DNA from: the human T2T-CHM13v2.0 reference genome, Homo sapiens
Assembly: GCF_009914755.1 (NCBI RefSeq)
Contig: NC_060926.1
Length of the DNA stretch: 64,000 bases
Direction: 5' to 3' (one strand)
Positions 1 to 14,778 of the stretch are shown piece after piece. Below the pieces are notes generated by a model. It did no database searches. It was given only the letters and a program-made list of their open reading frames with translations, and was not told where the DNA came from. Both the position numbers and the translations under genes were made by a program. Each line of letters begins with the position of its first letter. Position 1 is the first letter of the stretch.

Positions 1-1139
1 CTTCCTAGTATCTTTATTAACCTTCCTTTTCTCTTGACTCAGAAGACCATCTTTGTCACATATCAAATCTTTATATGTAAATGTCACCTTAATGGCTGCA
101 TGATTTGCCATCCTATTGTTGTTATATCAGATGTTACCTTAGCATTTTTACCTGATTTCTACCACAGCATTTGTTGTTCTATATTATAACCATTTGCTTT
201 TTCTTTGTCTCCTATTAGATTCTGAGCTTTCTGATTTTCTTTTTGTTCCGGATCCATTATGGTGGTTTTTCCGCAGCAGCTGTTAAACAGATTTTAATGA
301 CTAGGTGACAATTCTAGACCCCACTGACAGTCAAAGAGCTAAGTAGACTGGATGAGGTGGGAGAATCAAAGCCTTCCAGCTTTTCTCTCCTTGGGGGCTA
401 TAGAATGGGTTTCAGAAGCAAAACTATAGCATCTCAGGTTGGGAAGAAATTTAAGAAAAGTAGGAGCCTTTCCACAGAGCAAATATTAGGAGGAGGCGTA
501 ATATTCAGATTTTAGGAAAGCTGTCTGTGTCCAAAATAAAATTTTTAGTGTCTAAGTTTCAAGTATCTAAACTTCTACAGCTACATATACATTCCTTTGG
601 CTTTAGACTTTAACCTGGGCAAAAGCCATCTGCTTATTTAACCAGCTCTATCCCTTCTAGACTGCAAGTCCCTATAAGACTGGCAGAAACTCTGACTGCC
701 TTGTGTATTGTTGTATTCTGATAGTGATTCACATGTGATTAGCACCTGGCAGACAACAAATAAAAATTTTCCTAGCGACACAACAGATGAATAGAGATCA
801 AAGCAATAAGCCCAAGCAAACATTTGACTTAATATGAATAAGTCTGTAGTACACTTTTTTCAGAAATAGTTCTCATAAAATCAAAATAAACATAACAAAT
901 TAATGATCTGAGAATGGAGGAGAGGAACTCAGTCAGCTGGAGAAAAATAGCACAGAAGAGCAGGAATGAGGGCTGGCTGTCACCTTAGGTCAAGAGCACT
1001 ATATCCAAGTGACCCCAGATAAGAAAAATTATGATAACTATTTGAGTCAGATATTGTTTCTCATATTCATAATCCCCAGATAATAATATTTTACAATGCC
1101 ACTCCCAAGAGAATTTTCCCAAGTTTTTTAAGTACCTAC

Positions 1140-1998
1140 TATTCCAGTTATCTATCATTGTATAACTAATCACCACAAAATTTGGTGGTATGAGCCATCA
1201 ATTAGCTGTTATCTCTCAGCTCTGACCAGCTCAATTAGGTGATTCTCACTTGGGTCCCATACAGTTGTAGGTAGATGTGACTGGGGGAGGGCATCAGTCC
1301 ATTTTCACACTGCTCTAAAGAAATACCCAAGTCTGGTAAATTTATAAAGGAAAGAGGTTTAATGTACTCACTCACTCACAGTTCTGCATGGCTGGGGAAG
1401 CCTCAGGAAACTTACAATATGGTGAAAGGGAAAGCAGGCATGTCTTACATGGTGGCAGGTGAGAGAGAACATGTGAAGGAGGAACTGTCAAACACTTATA
1501 AAACCATCATATCTCGTGAGAACTCACCCACTATCACGAGAACAGCATGGGGGAAACCTTCACCATGATCCAATCACCTCCCACCAGATCCCTCCCTTGA
1601 CACACGGGGATTATGTGGATTACGATTTGAGATGAGATTCGAGATGAGATTTGTGTGGGGACACACAGAGCCAGACCATATCAGGGAGGATCATCTGAAG
1701 GCTTCTTTCTCACAGTGTGGCATCTCTCCACACAATTTCTCTCCATGGCTAGCTTGGGCTTCTTCACAGCATGTTGCTGTTGGGAGAACCAGGCTTTTGA
1801 AAACTCAAGCTCCAAAAATGACTGTTCTCAGAGACCCAAGCAGAAGCAGGCAGGTTTCTTATGACTTAGCCTCAGAAGTTCCAAAGTGTCACCTCTACCA
1901 CATTCTATTTGGTCCATAAGGCCAGGGCAGATTCAACGGGAAGGAATTACACTCTGCCTCTCAAGGGAAGGAATGTCAAAGAATTTTGAGCCATATTT
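1140..1998 (-). mobile_element. Old MaLR LTR (MLT1F/G/H-like), interrupted by a THE1 LTR at 1290-1683
   Basis: Starts 'tattccagttatctatcattgtataactaatcaccacaaaatttggtgg' (reverse MLT1 end); resumes after 1683 with 'ctagcttgggcttcttcacagcatg...cttatgacttagcctcagaagt...cacattctattt...gggaaggaatgtcaaagaatttt'. Confidence 0.75.
1290..1683 (-). mobile_element. THE1 (THE1C/D-like) MaLR solo LTR with 5-bp TSD GGGAG
   Basis: Hallmarks 'aaagaggtttaat...cacagttctgcatggctggggaagcctcaggaaacttacaat', 'ccatgatccaatcacctcccacc', end 'gagccagaccatatca'; GGGAG at 1285-1289 and 1684-1688. Confidence 0.92.
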
Positions 1999-2789
1999 AG
2001 TTCCTCATTTCTCCCCTAAGAAAAAATGCCTTGTAGAGGCTGAACTTATACCTCTGTGAAATCTTTCTTGTAATCATAAGCTATTTTTCTTATTTTGTCT
2101 TCTTAAAGATAGACAGGAGATAACTAGAAAGCTTTCATTTGGTAGCAATAATTTCTATAATTTAAGACATTTATATCCTATCTGGGACTGGAGTTTTCCT
2201 TCCATAGTATGGGCATCGAGAAATTATATGGCACATTCCTACTTATATGGAGCTCTTTACTCAAACTTTAGTCTTGTACAAAGAGTCTAAAAATGTTTCA
2301 CAATAAACAGTTATTTTTCATGGCTGAAACCCAACCACTCAAATTACTGACAAAACACTCCTTTCCTTCAATTGCTAACTACTACTGAATTATTATTGTC
2401 CAGATAGGAACAGTTCTGAATTTGCACATAAAAGATGAAGTTATTACAACATTTTGAGGAAAATCTTTGAAGCTAATTATCTAAAGATTAGAGAAAGGAT
2501 ATATTTTAATTAATTTCAAACCCTGGATTGAGTACTAAGCAGAAACATGAAAGAAAGATTTCCAATAGGAAGTGATAGTTACGGAGGAGCCCCCCCTCCC
2601 CTTGAGGATTACCATTTATTTTTCAACATCGATTTGAAATAAATGCTGGTATGATCTCCAAGGGCAGACTGTTGCAGTTATAAACCTAAGGAGAAGCAAA
2701 CAGTAGAGTAAGCAAAATATATGCCGTGCTCCTGTATTAAACCACCTTCCTCACGCTATGCTTTGGTTTCAAGGGGGATATTAGCTTCT

Positions 2790-2930
2790 TCACATTCACT
2801 GTCACCATAGATGTGATGGATGGTGAACTTTAGAGGGACAGGCCTCAGTCCTTTGCTGATCTGTTATTTGCTTTCTCTCCACCCAGCGTCCAAAACACTA
2901 CTTGGCACATTAATGTTTGATAAGTGAATG
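2790..2930 (+). mobile_element. L2 3'-end fragment
   Basis: 'ctttagagggacaggcctcagtc...cacccagcgtccaaaacactacttggcacattaatgtttgataagtgaatg' resembles the L2 terminus. Confidence 0.45.
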
Positions 2931-3066
2931 GCCACAAATATTTTTATTTTCCTTATATTATGGAATAAACTTAAAATGTAAAACTATTCAATTTAGATTT
3001 TGGAGAAGGAGGCATACTTTTTGTCAGACTAATCTAAAAATTACCTACAAGTTAAATAATGTATAA

Positions 3067-3368
<302 letters not shown>

Positions 3369-5109
3369 GATTTTCTGAACTTTTTATATATCTTAATTTC
3401 TCGATTCTTTTAAATGTTTTTCTTTAAAAAAAAAAACACACACACATACACATTTACCAAGTACCTACAGTATGCCAAATACCAAGAGGGAGATGGTCTC
3501 TGGTCTCAAAGAACTTCCAGAAATCCTCAGGCTTTTGGAAACCAAAATTGCTTTTCCCCTCTAGTCTGTGTAAATGTAACTCTCTTCTCAACTTCTATTT
3601 TTTTCCTTTTCCTTTCAAGGTTAGTTTTTATAATATACACTATTCCATCTTTAGAACTGATGTATAGCCTATGCCCTTGCAGACATGATGCTTAAATTTT
3701 AAAAGCAATGGGAAATGGTTCTTTCCTTCAGCAGCCTTGGCCTTCCACAAACTCAACTGTAACCTCTGCAGAGCACTGCTTCTGTGTTCCACAGGCCAGA
3801 GAGCCTGCCTAGACTGAAACAGTGTGCTTTGCACAAGGTGCAGAAATCTTCCAGACGGTCTCATAGCAATATAGTACATGATGATAAGAAGTCCACACCA
3901 TCAGCCCATCGAGTCCAGTATCAATATGGATAAGCAAAAAAAATTCACAGTAATAGAGCCATGCCCAGAATGATCTACAAGAAATTTTCGAATCCAAATT
4001 AATCCCCACTTTAATTTCAGGTCACTTTATTGACACAAATTAAATTCAGGTCCTCGTTCTTTCTCTCTTAGGCTATTAAATGACTCTTAACTGGACTCCC
4101 CTCTTTTATTAAGGCCCTCATTTATTTACTCATTCATTCAACATTTATTTTTTAAGAGCAATGTTGCCATCATTTATTTATTCACACTGCTTTTTTTTAA
4201 ATCTGTTGACCCTGTATTTCCTAGGCATGAGTATCTAAAATTTTGATGAGGGTAATTTGGATTCAAGAACATTTTGACTCTGCCTAAAAACCTACTAACC
4301 CATACGTGTTTATTATCAGATAATGTACACAACAGAAAGCCTCTGCTCAGCCATGACTCTTGCTTCCACCTGACCCAGGGTCCCAGCATCTTGACCTGCT
4401 GCACTGGGGAAGCAGAAGACACCATCAGAGAGGTTGGTAGGGACGAAATCATGAACATCTGTGGATATCCTGCCAGTGCCATTCTGCAAACTGTAGGATC
4501 CACTGAAAGGTTTGAGCAGGAGGATCATGAGATCGGACAGAAGCTTGGGTTGATGGAAGGAATGTTAAATAGTATGACTATTATAGTCCCCCAGTATGCT
4601 GGGAGAAACAGAGATGAAAAGAAGGCTGAGAGCAGGGATGAAAGCCCTCAATGGACAAGGGGAGGAGGACGTAAAAGCTAAGGAATGGACAGGGCTGAGC
4701 TGATAGCATGATTTTCAAAGGACAGCGTTTTACAGGAGTCCTGGTGGCAACAGGGAGTTAAGAAATGCAACTGCATCCTCCCAGTGCACTGCCTTCTCTA
4801 CCCCACAGCTCCCAGAAAGCTAACAAGTTCATCTCAGCATGTCTCTCCACTTTGTAAAATTCCTCATGACTCCCATCTCCTCTGGGTGAACACCGTTTAC
4901 GAGCTTTGCTTCCCTCCACAACCCAGAACTGTTGGCTCCTATCAGGGTGACAGAGCCCCAGCACTCTGCCTGTGCACATGCTGGTCCTTCTGCCTGGGGC
5001 CTTCTTAGTAATCCTAACAGATTCCCCCTCAGCCCATCCTGACCCTACGGCCTCACTGATTGTCTGCCAGGTGTGCTCAGGGAGCCCCTCTACTTAACTC
5101 TCTTGTGGT

Positions 5110-5260
5110 ACTTTCTCTATTGTGTAGTGATTAGTGATACAGGGGTCTCTTCTCCTACTAGACTGATCACTTTGAGAACAATAAATTTTTTATCGTTCTC
5201 TGTATCTCCAGACCATAGCCTTGTGTCTGAAATGTAGCAAGAACTCAGTAAACATTGACC
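5110..5260 (+). mobile_element. L2 3'-end fragment
   Basis: 'tctcctactagactgatcactttgagaaca...ctctgtatctccagaccatagccttgtgtctgaaatgtagcaagaactcagtaaacattg'. Confidence 0.65.
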
Positions 5261-5828
5261 AAAGTGGCATTTGCCTACCGAGCTACTGAGTTGATGCCTG
5301 TCACAGGAAGGCTTTAATTTTATTTGATTCATAATCTCAGAGAGTCACCTCTAACTCACACACGGTTTCCGAGAATGACTGTAAAGATCTAGTTCTCAAA
5401 TGGACATATATAAATAACAGGTAGGAGCCCTCACCCTAATGCTTGCATGGAGGAAATAAAATGACACTTTTCCAGAAGCAAAAGGAAGAAACTTCTCCTA
5501 CTTCACCCCCTTTAAGTGCCCTTGGCCACACCCAACAGTTCCCCGGCAAAGAACTTTGCTTTACTTGCAGCTTCTATGTTGAACCGGCCACGCCTCTGAG
5601 GGAGTGTTTGGTCACCTTCCATGATGTCTCTAGTAGTCCAGCCCTTGCTGTTGATGGCCCCTGGACCCTGCTGAGATGGCATATGCCTCTGTGGAAGAAC
5701 AAGTGGAACACCCATGCATAAATACGGAAAGAGGAAAACACCACCATCCTGCCCCACCTACCATCCCCAGCCTGCTTTTGTTATCTACATATTCTGTGTC
5801 AGATGAAGCCGTGTCCAATTCATTTGGG

Positions 5829-6290
<462 letters not shown>

Positions 6291-9200
6291 TAACTGCTCC
6301 TAGCATGGGTAGAAATCTCCTATTGGTGGCGGGAGCAAAGAAAGTCATTACCTGAAAAAGCATTATTTTCTGGCACCTCTAGTGTTGCTGCTATATAGAT
6401 TTCTAAATGCCACATCATAACTATGCACTATTTTAATACAAATATTAAAACGTGATAAACATTTCTCCTCAAAGACAATTCCTCAATTGCCATATTTTAT
6501 GATACAAAGAGGAGGCATCCTTTGGAAGTGCCCTCATGTTTCGTCAAGTTTATCTGAAGAAAAATATCGGCACAAAAAAGCAAGATCAATGTTAATGCTT
6601 ACTTCGCACCCCCAAATTTCATGCTGTAATTATCTATTTTTTAAAGAATGGCTGTACTTTTACATTCTCTCCCTGGGGACAACTTCAAGTAGCTTATTGT
6701 GTTAAGAGGCCAGGAAGTTGTCTTTCACTCTTTCAACTTCTGAACTTAAAGCCAGATCCAGACACTTGAGGAGAGGCCTCCGAGGCAAGAGGCACCAAGG
6801 ATTTTAGGAACGCATGTCAAGTCTCCTGGGCTTTCCTTCGCTGTGAGATATTAATACTTCGTAGAGTTTTGACAATGGTTGTTTGGCCACAAAGGTATTT
6901 AACTGGAGTTAGCCACTGCCCTTTCCGCCAGAAGTTTTTGAAAAGGAAGACTGCAGAGAGTGGGTTCATCAGAGCCTCCACTCATCCTTGTGGAAGAACT
7001 CTCTCCCTAAGGAGTTTGGTCTGTGCCTTTGAGCATTCCAAAGCCTGCAACTTCCCATGGCTACATATGGCCCATTGACAGTTAGCAGCTGTCAGGTGAA
7101 CAGGCCGCGCACACCCAGCTGGTCAATTGAAGCCATGTTTAGACAAAATGAATGGACACAGCCCATCAGTTCCATTTGGCCATCAAAGCAATTGATGCAG
7201 ATCAGCTGGGCTCATTGCAACTACAGAGATGAGCGAGGGAGCCTGGAGCTCATCAAAGTGAAGCAGACAGCCACACCACAGTCCTGGCTGCAGGGCAGTC
7301 TCCACACACCTGTGCTGAGAAAGGGGAAGACCTGCTCCACAACTGTTGTTGTTCATCTTCCTTTTAGTCAGGGACTCATTGTGACCTCAAGTCCCCACCA
7401 CCAAAGTCTCTCTCAAGAAGCATTTCCTAAAATGTCATTGCTGAGCATCTGGTCCAGCAGAGGAAACCAACTCGAGACTCCAGAGAGATTTCAAGAGACC
7501 TTGAGTCTCTTTCCTTACCAAATGCAGGCTGTAGTGGAAAAGGAGTATTTACCCTATTTGCTCCATCACATGTTAAATATTGAAGAAAAAAACTTGTAAA
7601 ACATAATACAGTCACACATGTAGAACAATCAAGGTGCCCATTCCCTCTAAAACAACCAAGGTGTCCATTCCCTCTACTGCCTAAAATTTACAAGATTTAA
7701 AAAAAAACAAATCTCTTTTGAAGAGTTAAAAACAGCACATAATCTGCCTGCAGACATAAAATATTTTTCTATAAACTTATTAGCTCTTCTAGAGACAGGC
7801 TGGCCTTCATGATGAATAAAGAAAACTAGTTATCAAAATAGTTTCAGCATGTTTCAAAAGAGGAAAAAGACAGACGACACTTCAAAATCTGTTTGAGAAA
7901 ACAAAAGTTGTATGGCATCCAACAACTCCAGGGCTGATGCGATGAGCTCCAAGCTTCTCACCAAACATGTGGGCCCCTGCAGAAATATGCCAAAACAACA
8001 CAGTTTGGGCTCATTGTATCCTAATTAATACTATAATGAGTTTCCTTAGATAGCCAAATTCTTAATCAGTCCTATCAAAACTATGTCTGCCCAGAAAAAG
8101 ATTCATGTTAATTCTGCTTAATGCCTAACAGTGGTTAAGCACCATTAATACTCCATAATTTCATTGTATGTTATTGTAATCATATCAGCGTATATCTCAG
8201 TGGCTACGCAAAGCTCAATAGGCTGCCTTGAATTATCAGTCACGTGACTCTGCTTCACTAAGAGACTATCTTCCATCACAGCCAGACCTCCTTTGCCCTC
8301 CCCGCAGTCAGTAGCCTAAGCAGGTATTAATAAAGGTCTCCTTTTTTAAATTGCACAGCTCTAAATGGTCTTTAAGGGACCCAGCAGTAATCTCAAGATC
8401 CCTATATTTTAGCAGGAAGGCAGGACAGAGGAATTAATAAGAGCCCTTTCTGTGTAAACTGCTCCCTGCTCTAAGGCTATACCGTGATGTCAGGGCGCTA
8501 AGAGAATTTTAAATGCACAGGATGGATTGTTTGTGTTGCAAAAGCGAAACAGGGGGCAAAGGCTAAGAGACTTGAGAAAATTGAAAGACTGCCAGGATGC
8601 TGGGATGCAAATAGCAACAAAACAGGGATAAATGCTCCTGCTCACATATGCAGGAGTCCTGCAGAAGGGGAAAAAAAAAGGTTATTAATTTTCACCAGGC
8701 TGTATCTTACAGCTGGTGGCTCAGCATCAGTTTTTGGTGTAATGAAAATGGTCTGAGCAGAAGATAAATGGTTCATAAAGTGGACCATTTAGATGCAATC
8801 GAGGCTCAATCTGCCCAGTGACTAATCACGTCCCCCCAGTAAAGCTGAATTCCACTAACAGACTTTTTTTTTTTTTCCGGCTGTACCAGTGAATTGTAGC
8901 CGGGTCTAAGTTCAAGGCAGGCAGAGAATTATCTTGATTTATTAGTGCACTCCCTAGCTGTGCCACTCGCTCGGCTGTGCCTTTGTGGGCTTCTGCCCTG
9001 TTGCTGTCGGAGTGTAATTTTTACTGTTCCCCCGTGACTAGTACACAGCATCATTTTCAGCTGCTAGAAAAATGGGCTGCTTTTCCACCTGTAATTTTTC
9101 TTCTTTTGCTGCTGAAGGTATATAATATATCTCTAAAGTGCGTAATAAGTTTCTGAAAAACGTGTTTTTAAAAGAAATTGATTCCAGTAGTTTGTAAGCC

Positions 9201-10337
9201 TGAGCAAGGCCACATAAGGAAATGCACCAGATTGCAAAGGTATGCATGCTTGGCGAGGCAGCCATTTTTTCCCTTCCATTTAGTGAATTCCGACTTCTAG
9301 TCCAGAGTGTAATTTCAGACATTTTTCTATACAGTAGTGCTTCTCATAATGAACTCTGATCAAATAAAAATGTTGTTTATATTGAGACTTTACAAGTCCT
9401 GATTATGTATAAAATAGAGTAGAATCCCTCATAATGACATTTAATTGTGAGAAAGAAAAGATTCCAATAGAAGAGCATTCAGCTGCATTTGTTCCATGTT
9501 CCTTTGCATAATGCCGTTTATAGATCGTTCAATTATGACATTATTATGAGCTGCATAAGAGTAACTCACTGGTTCCCCATATTTTTAGACCTATGGAAAA
9601 TAAACTTGGGTGCGATTTTCGCTATTTTGACTGCGACTTAGTCACAAAAGGCCCTTCATTTTTAGAAGAACTGACTGCACCCATTTGGCTAACGAACTCT
9701 GATGCTTCACCTTTGATCTTGCAAGCATCTTCAGAGAAGAACTCACACTGTTGAGGACACTCGGAAAAGTCAAGTCTCCTCCTCTTTGATACTCCAAAGA
9801 TTCTAACTAAACATTATTAATAACCCAACCAATGGCAGGGGGAGGGTTCTGAGCGGGCTTATTCTGAGACTTCCAAGGTTATTTTTCTGTTTTCTGAAGG
9901 ACCTGACAGATACGATAGGTAAATTATCAGGCAATAAGCAGGGGGGAATGCTGCCTAAAACCTCAGTGATCATACATCTTCAATAAAAGGAGCCCAAGTT
10001 CTCAGATACTGCCTCTGTGGTTTCATTCTTTCAATAACATCAGTTTTCTGAAGGTGGCAGAAAGTGTAATTCATTACTTTCCAAGCAGCCTCTCAGAACT
10101 GCAGGTCTATTTAGCAGTCTAGGCGCTCACCTGCCTTCTTCCCTTTTCCATGGAGCTTTGACCAGTTCAGCCAGGAACTGGCTTTTGCAGCACAACAAAT
10201 GGGCTTAGATGATGCTGACCACACCCACAGCTCTGGCAGCAAAAAAACGTAGCGAAGCATTACAGTCCTCATTTGCAGCCACATGTATTAACAGGACACG
10301 TTTTGTAACAACACAAGCAGAACAACCAATGATTTCT

Positions 10338-10455
10338 GTCATTCATGTAACAAACACCCATTGCATGCTTAGTATATGTCAAATACTATGATGGGTTTGC
10401 AGAACACACAGATGAATGAGGCAAAGCTCCTTCCCTTAAGAACTTGCAATCCTGA
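10338..10455 (-). mobile_element. L2 3'-end fragment
   Basis: 'cattcatgtaacaaacacccattgcatgcttagtatatgtcaaatactatg...acacagatgaatgaggcaaagctccttcccttaagaacttgcaatc'. Confidence 0.6.
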
Positions 10456-10514
10456 ATGGCTAATGACTAAATGAATGAATGGATGCATGCCTCTGGCCTG
10501 CACAATGCTCAATG

Positions 10515-10748
10515 TATTAGAAAAATACAGTGAAAGGTCAAGAAGCCTCTGTTTCTAGTCAGAATCACCTAGGATGGGTGTGGCTTTGGGGAAGTCACTT
10601 AATTTCTCTATACCTTGCTCCCATAACTCTAAAATGAGGATAAGGATCTTTGCTCCATTCATCACTCAAGATTGCTCCGGGAACTAATGACATGGCATTT
10701 GTGCAATTGCTTTGATGCACCATGGGAAGATAGGGAATTATTATTATT
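10515..10748 (+). mobile_element. MIR
   Basis: Core-like 'gtgtggctttggggaagtcacttaatttctctataccttgctcccataactctaaaatgaggataa', ends in (att)n. Confidence 0.65.
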
Positions 10749-12153
10749 GCCTGGAAGGTAAGAGGTTGTCATAGAGTTGTGGACATGCCCTGTCCAAGGA
10801 CACCTGAAATACAGCCCACTCTGGGCTCATCAAACCCTGTGATTGGGCATGGGCCTGGGACGTCACTGGAGAAAGGAGCATGTTTTCCTAATTTGCGCAA
10901 AGGCACCAAATGGGCTAGTAACAGTGTGTGCAAATGTGCAAAGTATGTCAAAGCAATTCTTGGAGCCATTCCATCACTGAGCATTTCCGTAAGCTGTAAG
11001 TGCTCGGGCCTCCACTTGCTCCTATTACTATCTACACTGGGCTCTGACATCAAGCTATAATATCTTGGAAAACTACACCTTGGGTAAACGACATGATTCT
11101 TTTTTATTTAGCCCATGCAAATGTAGCCTGAATTTTTAATTCACAAGAATATAAATGTCCTTGGAATGAGAAGGTTTTCGTAAGTGCAAGCATGGTTTGT
11201 ACAGTGGGTGGATAAAATTTCTTAGAAATATTCCTTGATTGAATCACACTGCTGAGAGTTAAATCAGTTTGTTGTGCCCTCAACACAGGATGCAATAAAC
11301 TTGGAGCCAGAATGATCTTTGCTGCTTCTAAGCCTCCCCCAGCAATCCAAACTCACAACCCTGCCGCATCATTAACTCTGCCCCAGGCCGCCTCATAGTT
11401 GTTATAGTGCGGATAAATGCTGAAATTACATATTTTGTTTTGTTTACATTTTTGTTTTTTCTTTTCCCATTTAGGGAAATCCAGCAAATCTTGAACCTGC
11501 TGCCTCACCTGTCAAATAAAGATACTGAGACCCAGCAGGACCACCAGAAGATGGGAAAGGTAAAGAATCAGATACAGGCTAAGATGAGCACTTGACAGTA
11601 CCAGGCAAAGGGCCCCAAGAACGCCTGAATCCTGCCCAAAACATAGGAAGTCTTACACACAGATCCCTGTGGGGCAGATAAACCTCAATGACAATGGCAA
11701 ATAAAATGAAAGTAACTGCCCCCACCATGAGTCTGGAACAGTGGCAAGGCCCCAAAACCATCTGTTGGTTTAGACTTCCTCCAAGTAAAGCAGTGGATAA
11801 AAGAGATAAGAGTGTCTGGGCACAACCAAGAGAAGAGAAGGCAGAGTTTCCTGCTTGACATCACACCAGCCACAAGAGATGGAGACAGGGCCAGGGGTTG
11901 CGTGTGATGGAGTGGCTATGGGGCTGTTGGAGGGAGAGGTAGACCAGCAGTCTGATTACCCCTTCTGCAGCCAGCAGGAAAGGATGAATAGAGTACCAGA
12001 GGGAAGCAAACCTAGGAGCCTAATTTGAACTTACAGTAGCTTTACCCATTCGAAAAATAGCATTCTGCAGTAAAACCAACAAATAACAACTCCTCAGAGG
12101 TGGTAAGTTGGGGGCTGGGAGACTAGATGCAGAAGTGGGTCTGGAGCACCTGA

Positions 12154-12544
<391 letters not shown>

Positions 12545-14778
12545 CACGATGATCTTATAATAGAAGGTTTTCCAAAGAAAATGGGCTACAAAGAATTCAT
12601 CCCTTCTGAGTGACTAAATGAGGGTGACCCTCAGGACTGCAACACAGGGATATGTAGGTGGTGGTCCTCGGTGAAGCTGCCCCACCTCACTCCACGGTTG
12701 TCTCACATTGGGGAGTTTTTGATTTTTTGAATAAATTTTGTATGCCCTGAAAGGATTGGCAATAATGAAAGATAGAGTTACATGACCTCATAACTTCTAT
12801 TATTTTTTAAAGTATGTGCAAAACAGAGAGTGGCCCAGGGGCTCTTGGCTGCCATTTGTGTTGAAAGACAAGTCCTTATTGTTTCCACCATCTAAGTCTT
12901 AGGATGCTGAATGGCTTACTAGTTCTATGTTTGCAAGTAAAATTAACACTTCTCTCTAGAAGTTATTGGCTTGTCTCTAATAACACGTGGATTAATGTAG
13001 TATCTATTTGTCTCTATGCTAAGATAATCATGACAACCAGGTAAAATATTTATCAATAGAAACTTGAATCCAAATACACTAAAAAATTCACTGAGTAAAT
13101 TTTACAAGCCAGTCGAAACTAGGTGTAAGACCTCCGCCAATGGTGACAGCATCCTACATGATAAATATTGGAGACTAGGTTGCTACGTTGGATCTGAAGA
13201 CAAAAATAGAGAGAAAGAATTCACATGGACAGAGACAGCACTGCCAGGGCCCGACACATTCATAGGTTCTGTACGTTTCTGTGAACCTCTTTATATATAC
13301 TGATGTGACAATATATTTGTCCTGTCAGTAGGGGTGTGTGTGTGCGAGAGGGACAGAGAGAGAAGGAAGAGAAGAGTATGTGTTATTCATGCAAAGACAC
13401 GAGTATGCTAATTGGCTAATTATTTATTGATTAGACAACGAAAGATGATGTTTAAAGCGCAATTGGCCACATATTATTGACTTTTTTCCTCTACTTAGGA
13501 AAACTGTTCTCTAAGTGGAAAATTACATTAACAGTAATAATAAAAATAATAAGCATCATTCCAAAAGCTGACATCTTAATTTTATCTTTACATAATGTCA
13601 TGTTCTATTACAGTCAAATTTCTTAAAAATGGGTCCATACATAGTTTCAAATTTTTATCCAGCTTGGCAAATGGTACAGTTTAGCCAAAGCCTAAAGGGC
13701 TCCATTCTCTCCTTACCCAGAATCAAGATGGACCATAAGAACTGATGGATTGACCAGGCAGGAACTTACAACACCCTCTAGTTTTCACGTTCTGTTTTCC
13801 TTTGTGCTTTCTACCAGAGCCTGGCTGAGACTTCTAAAGGTGAAGGGCAGCATATGGAAGCTCCAGGGGATTTAAATCAGAGGTGCTGCCTTAGCAGTTG
13901 ACAATATTCAAAACTACTTCTCAGACTATGCTTTACCCCAGGACAAAGTTGGTGGGCAAGGGAAGAGCCTGGGCAGAATCCTACTTGCCAGCCACACTTA
14001 AACTTTCTTCTGCCTTTTCGAATCACGTGCTTGGCAAGAGGGTCCTTTGGTTAGGTTCAGAAACCAAGGTGGGTGCTCAGTCCCCATTTGTCCTTGTTCG
14101 GAATGTAGCTTTTCCTGCTAGGCAGCAAAAGAAGGCAGGCATTGATCCGACACCTCACCTTTCTACTGAGATTTCCAAAGCACTGGCATGACCCATACCC
14201 TGCATGTGATTGTCAACCACAGATATAAGAGCAGCTGAGGATGGAAAAAAATCATTATATCCATGATCTGTGTTTACATCTCCAAAATCAAACACCCGCA
14301 TAGTGCAGCCATTGAAAACAGCCTGGAAAAAGAAAGGACATGGGGTCACATGATATTTTAACAGCATCAAGATCCAGGCCTTGGGTATAGCTTCTGAGGG
14401 TGAGAGGGTGCATTCTTTACTCACTAAGTACCCAGCTAGGGACCTAAAGTCTACAGGCTTCGGCAGGAATTTCAGTCTAGCCAAGCCATTCAAATGATGT
14501 GTAGAAAGAGCATCAGTGAAAGAAGTAAACATTCTGGCATCTCTGAGTTTTAGTCAATATTTTTATGGACCTGATTGCTATAACCTCATAATGAAGTGTC
14601 ACCATGGGGCTCAAGATACCTAAGCAGCTGCAAATACCAATTCCTAAAAAGTTTACAACCACAAAGAAAAGAAGCCTTCCTTGTGTTAGCACTTGATTCT
14701 TCACAGGGAGAATTTATCAAACATTGACCTGATGTTTGAGCAACCGATGGTACCTGCTGCTCTCAAAAGAATATTTTA

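Noticed and set aside
7057-7599. 180-aa ORF in unique sequence
   Set aside because: No recognisable domain or family and no clear exon structure; better explained as a chance ORF over a motif-rich element.
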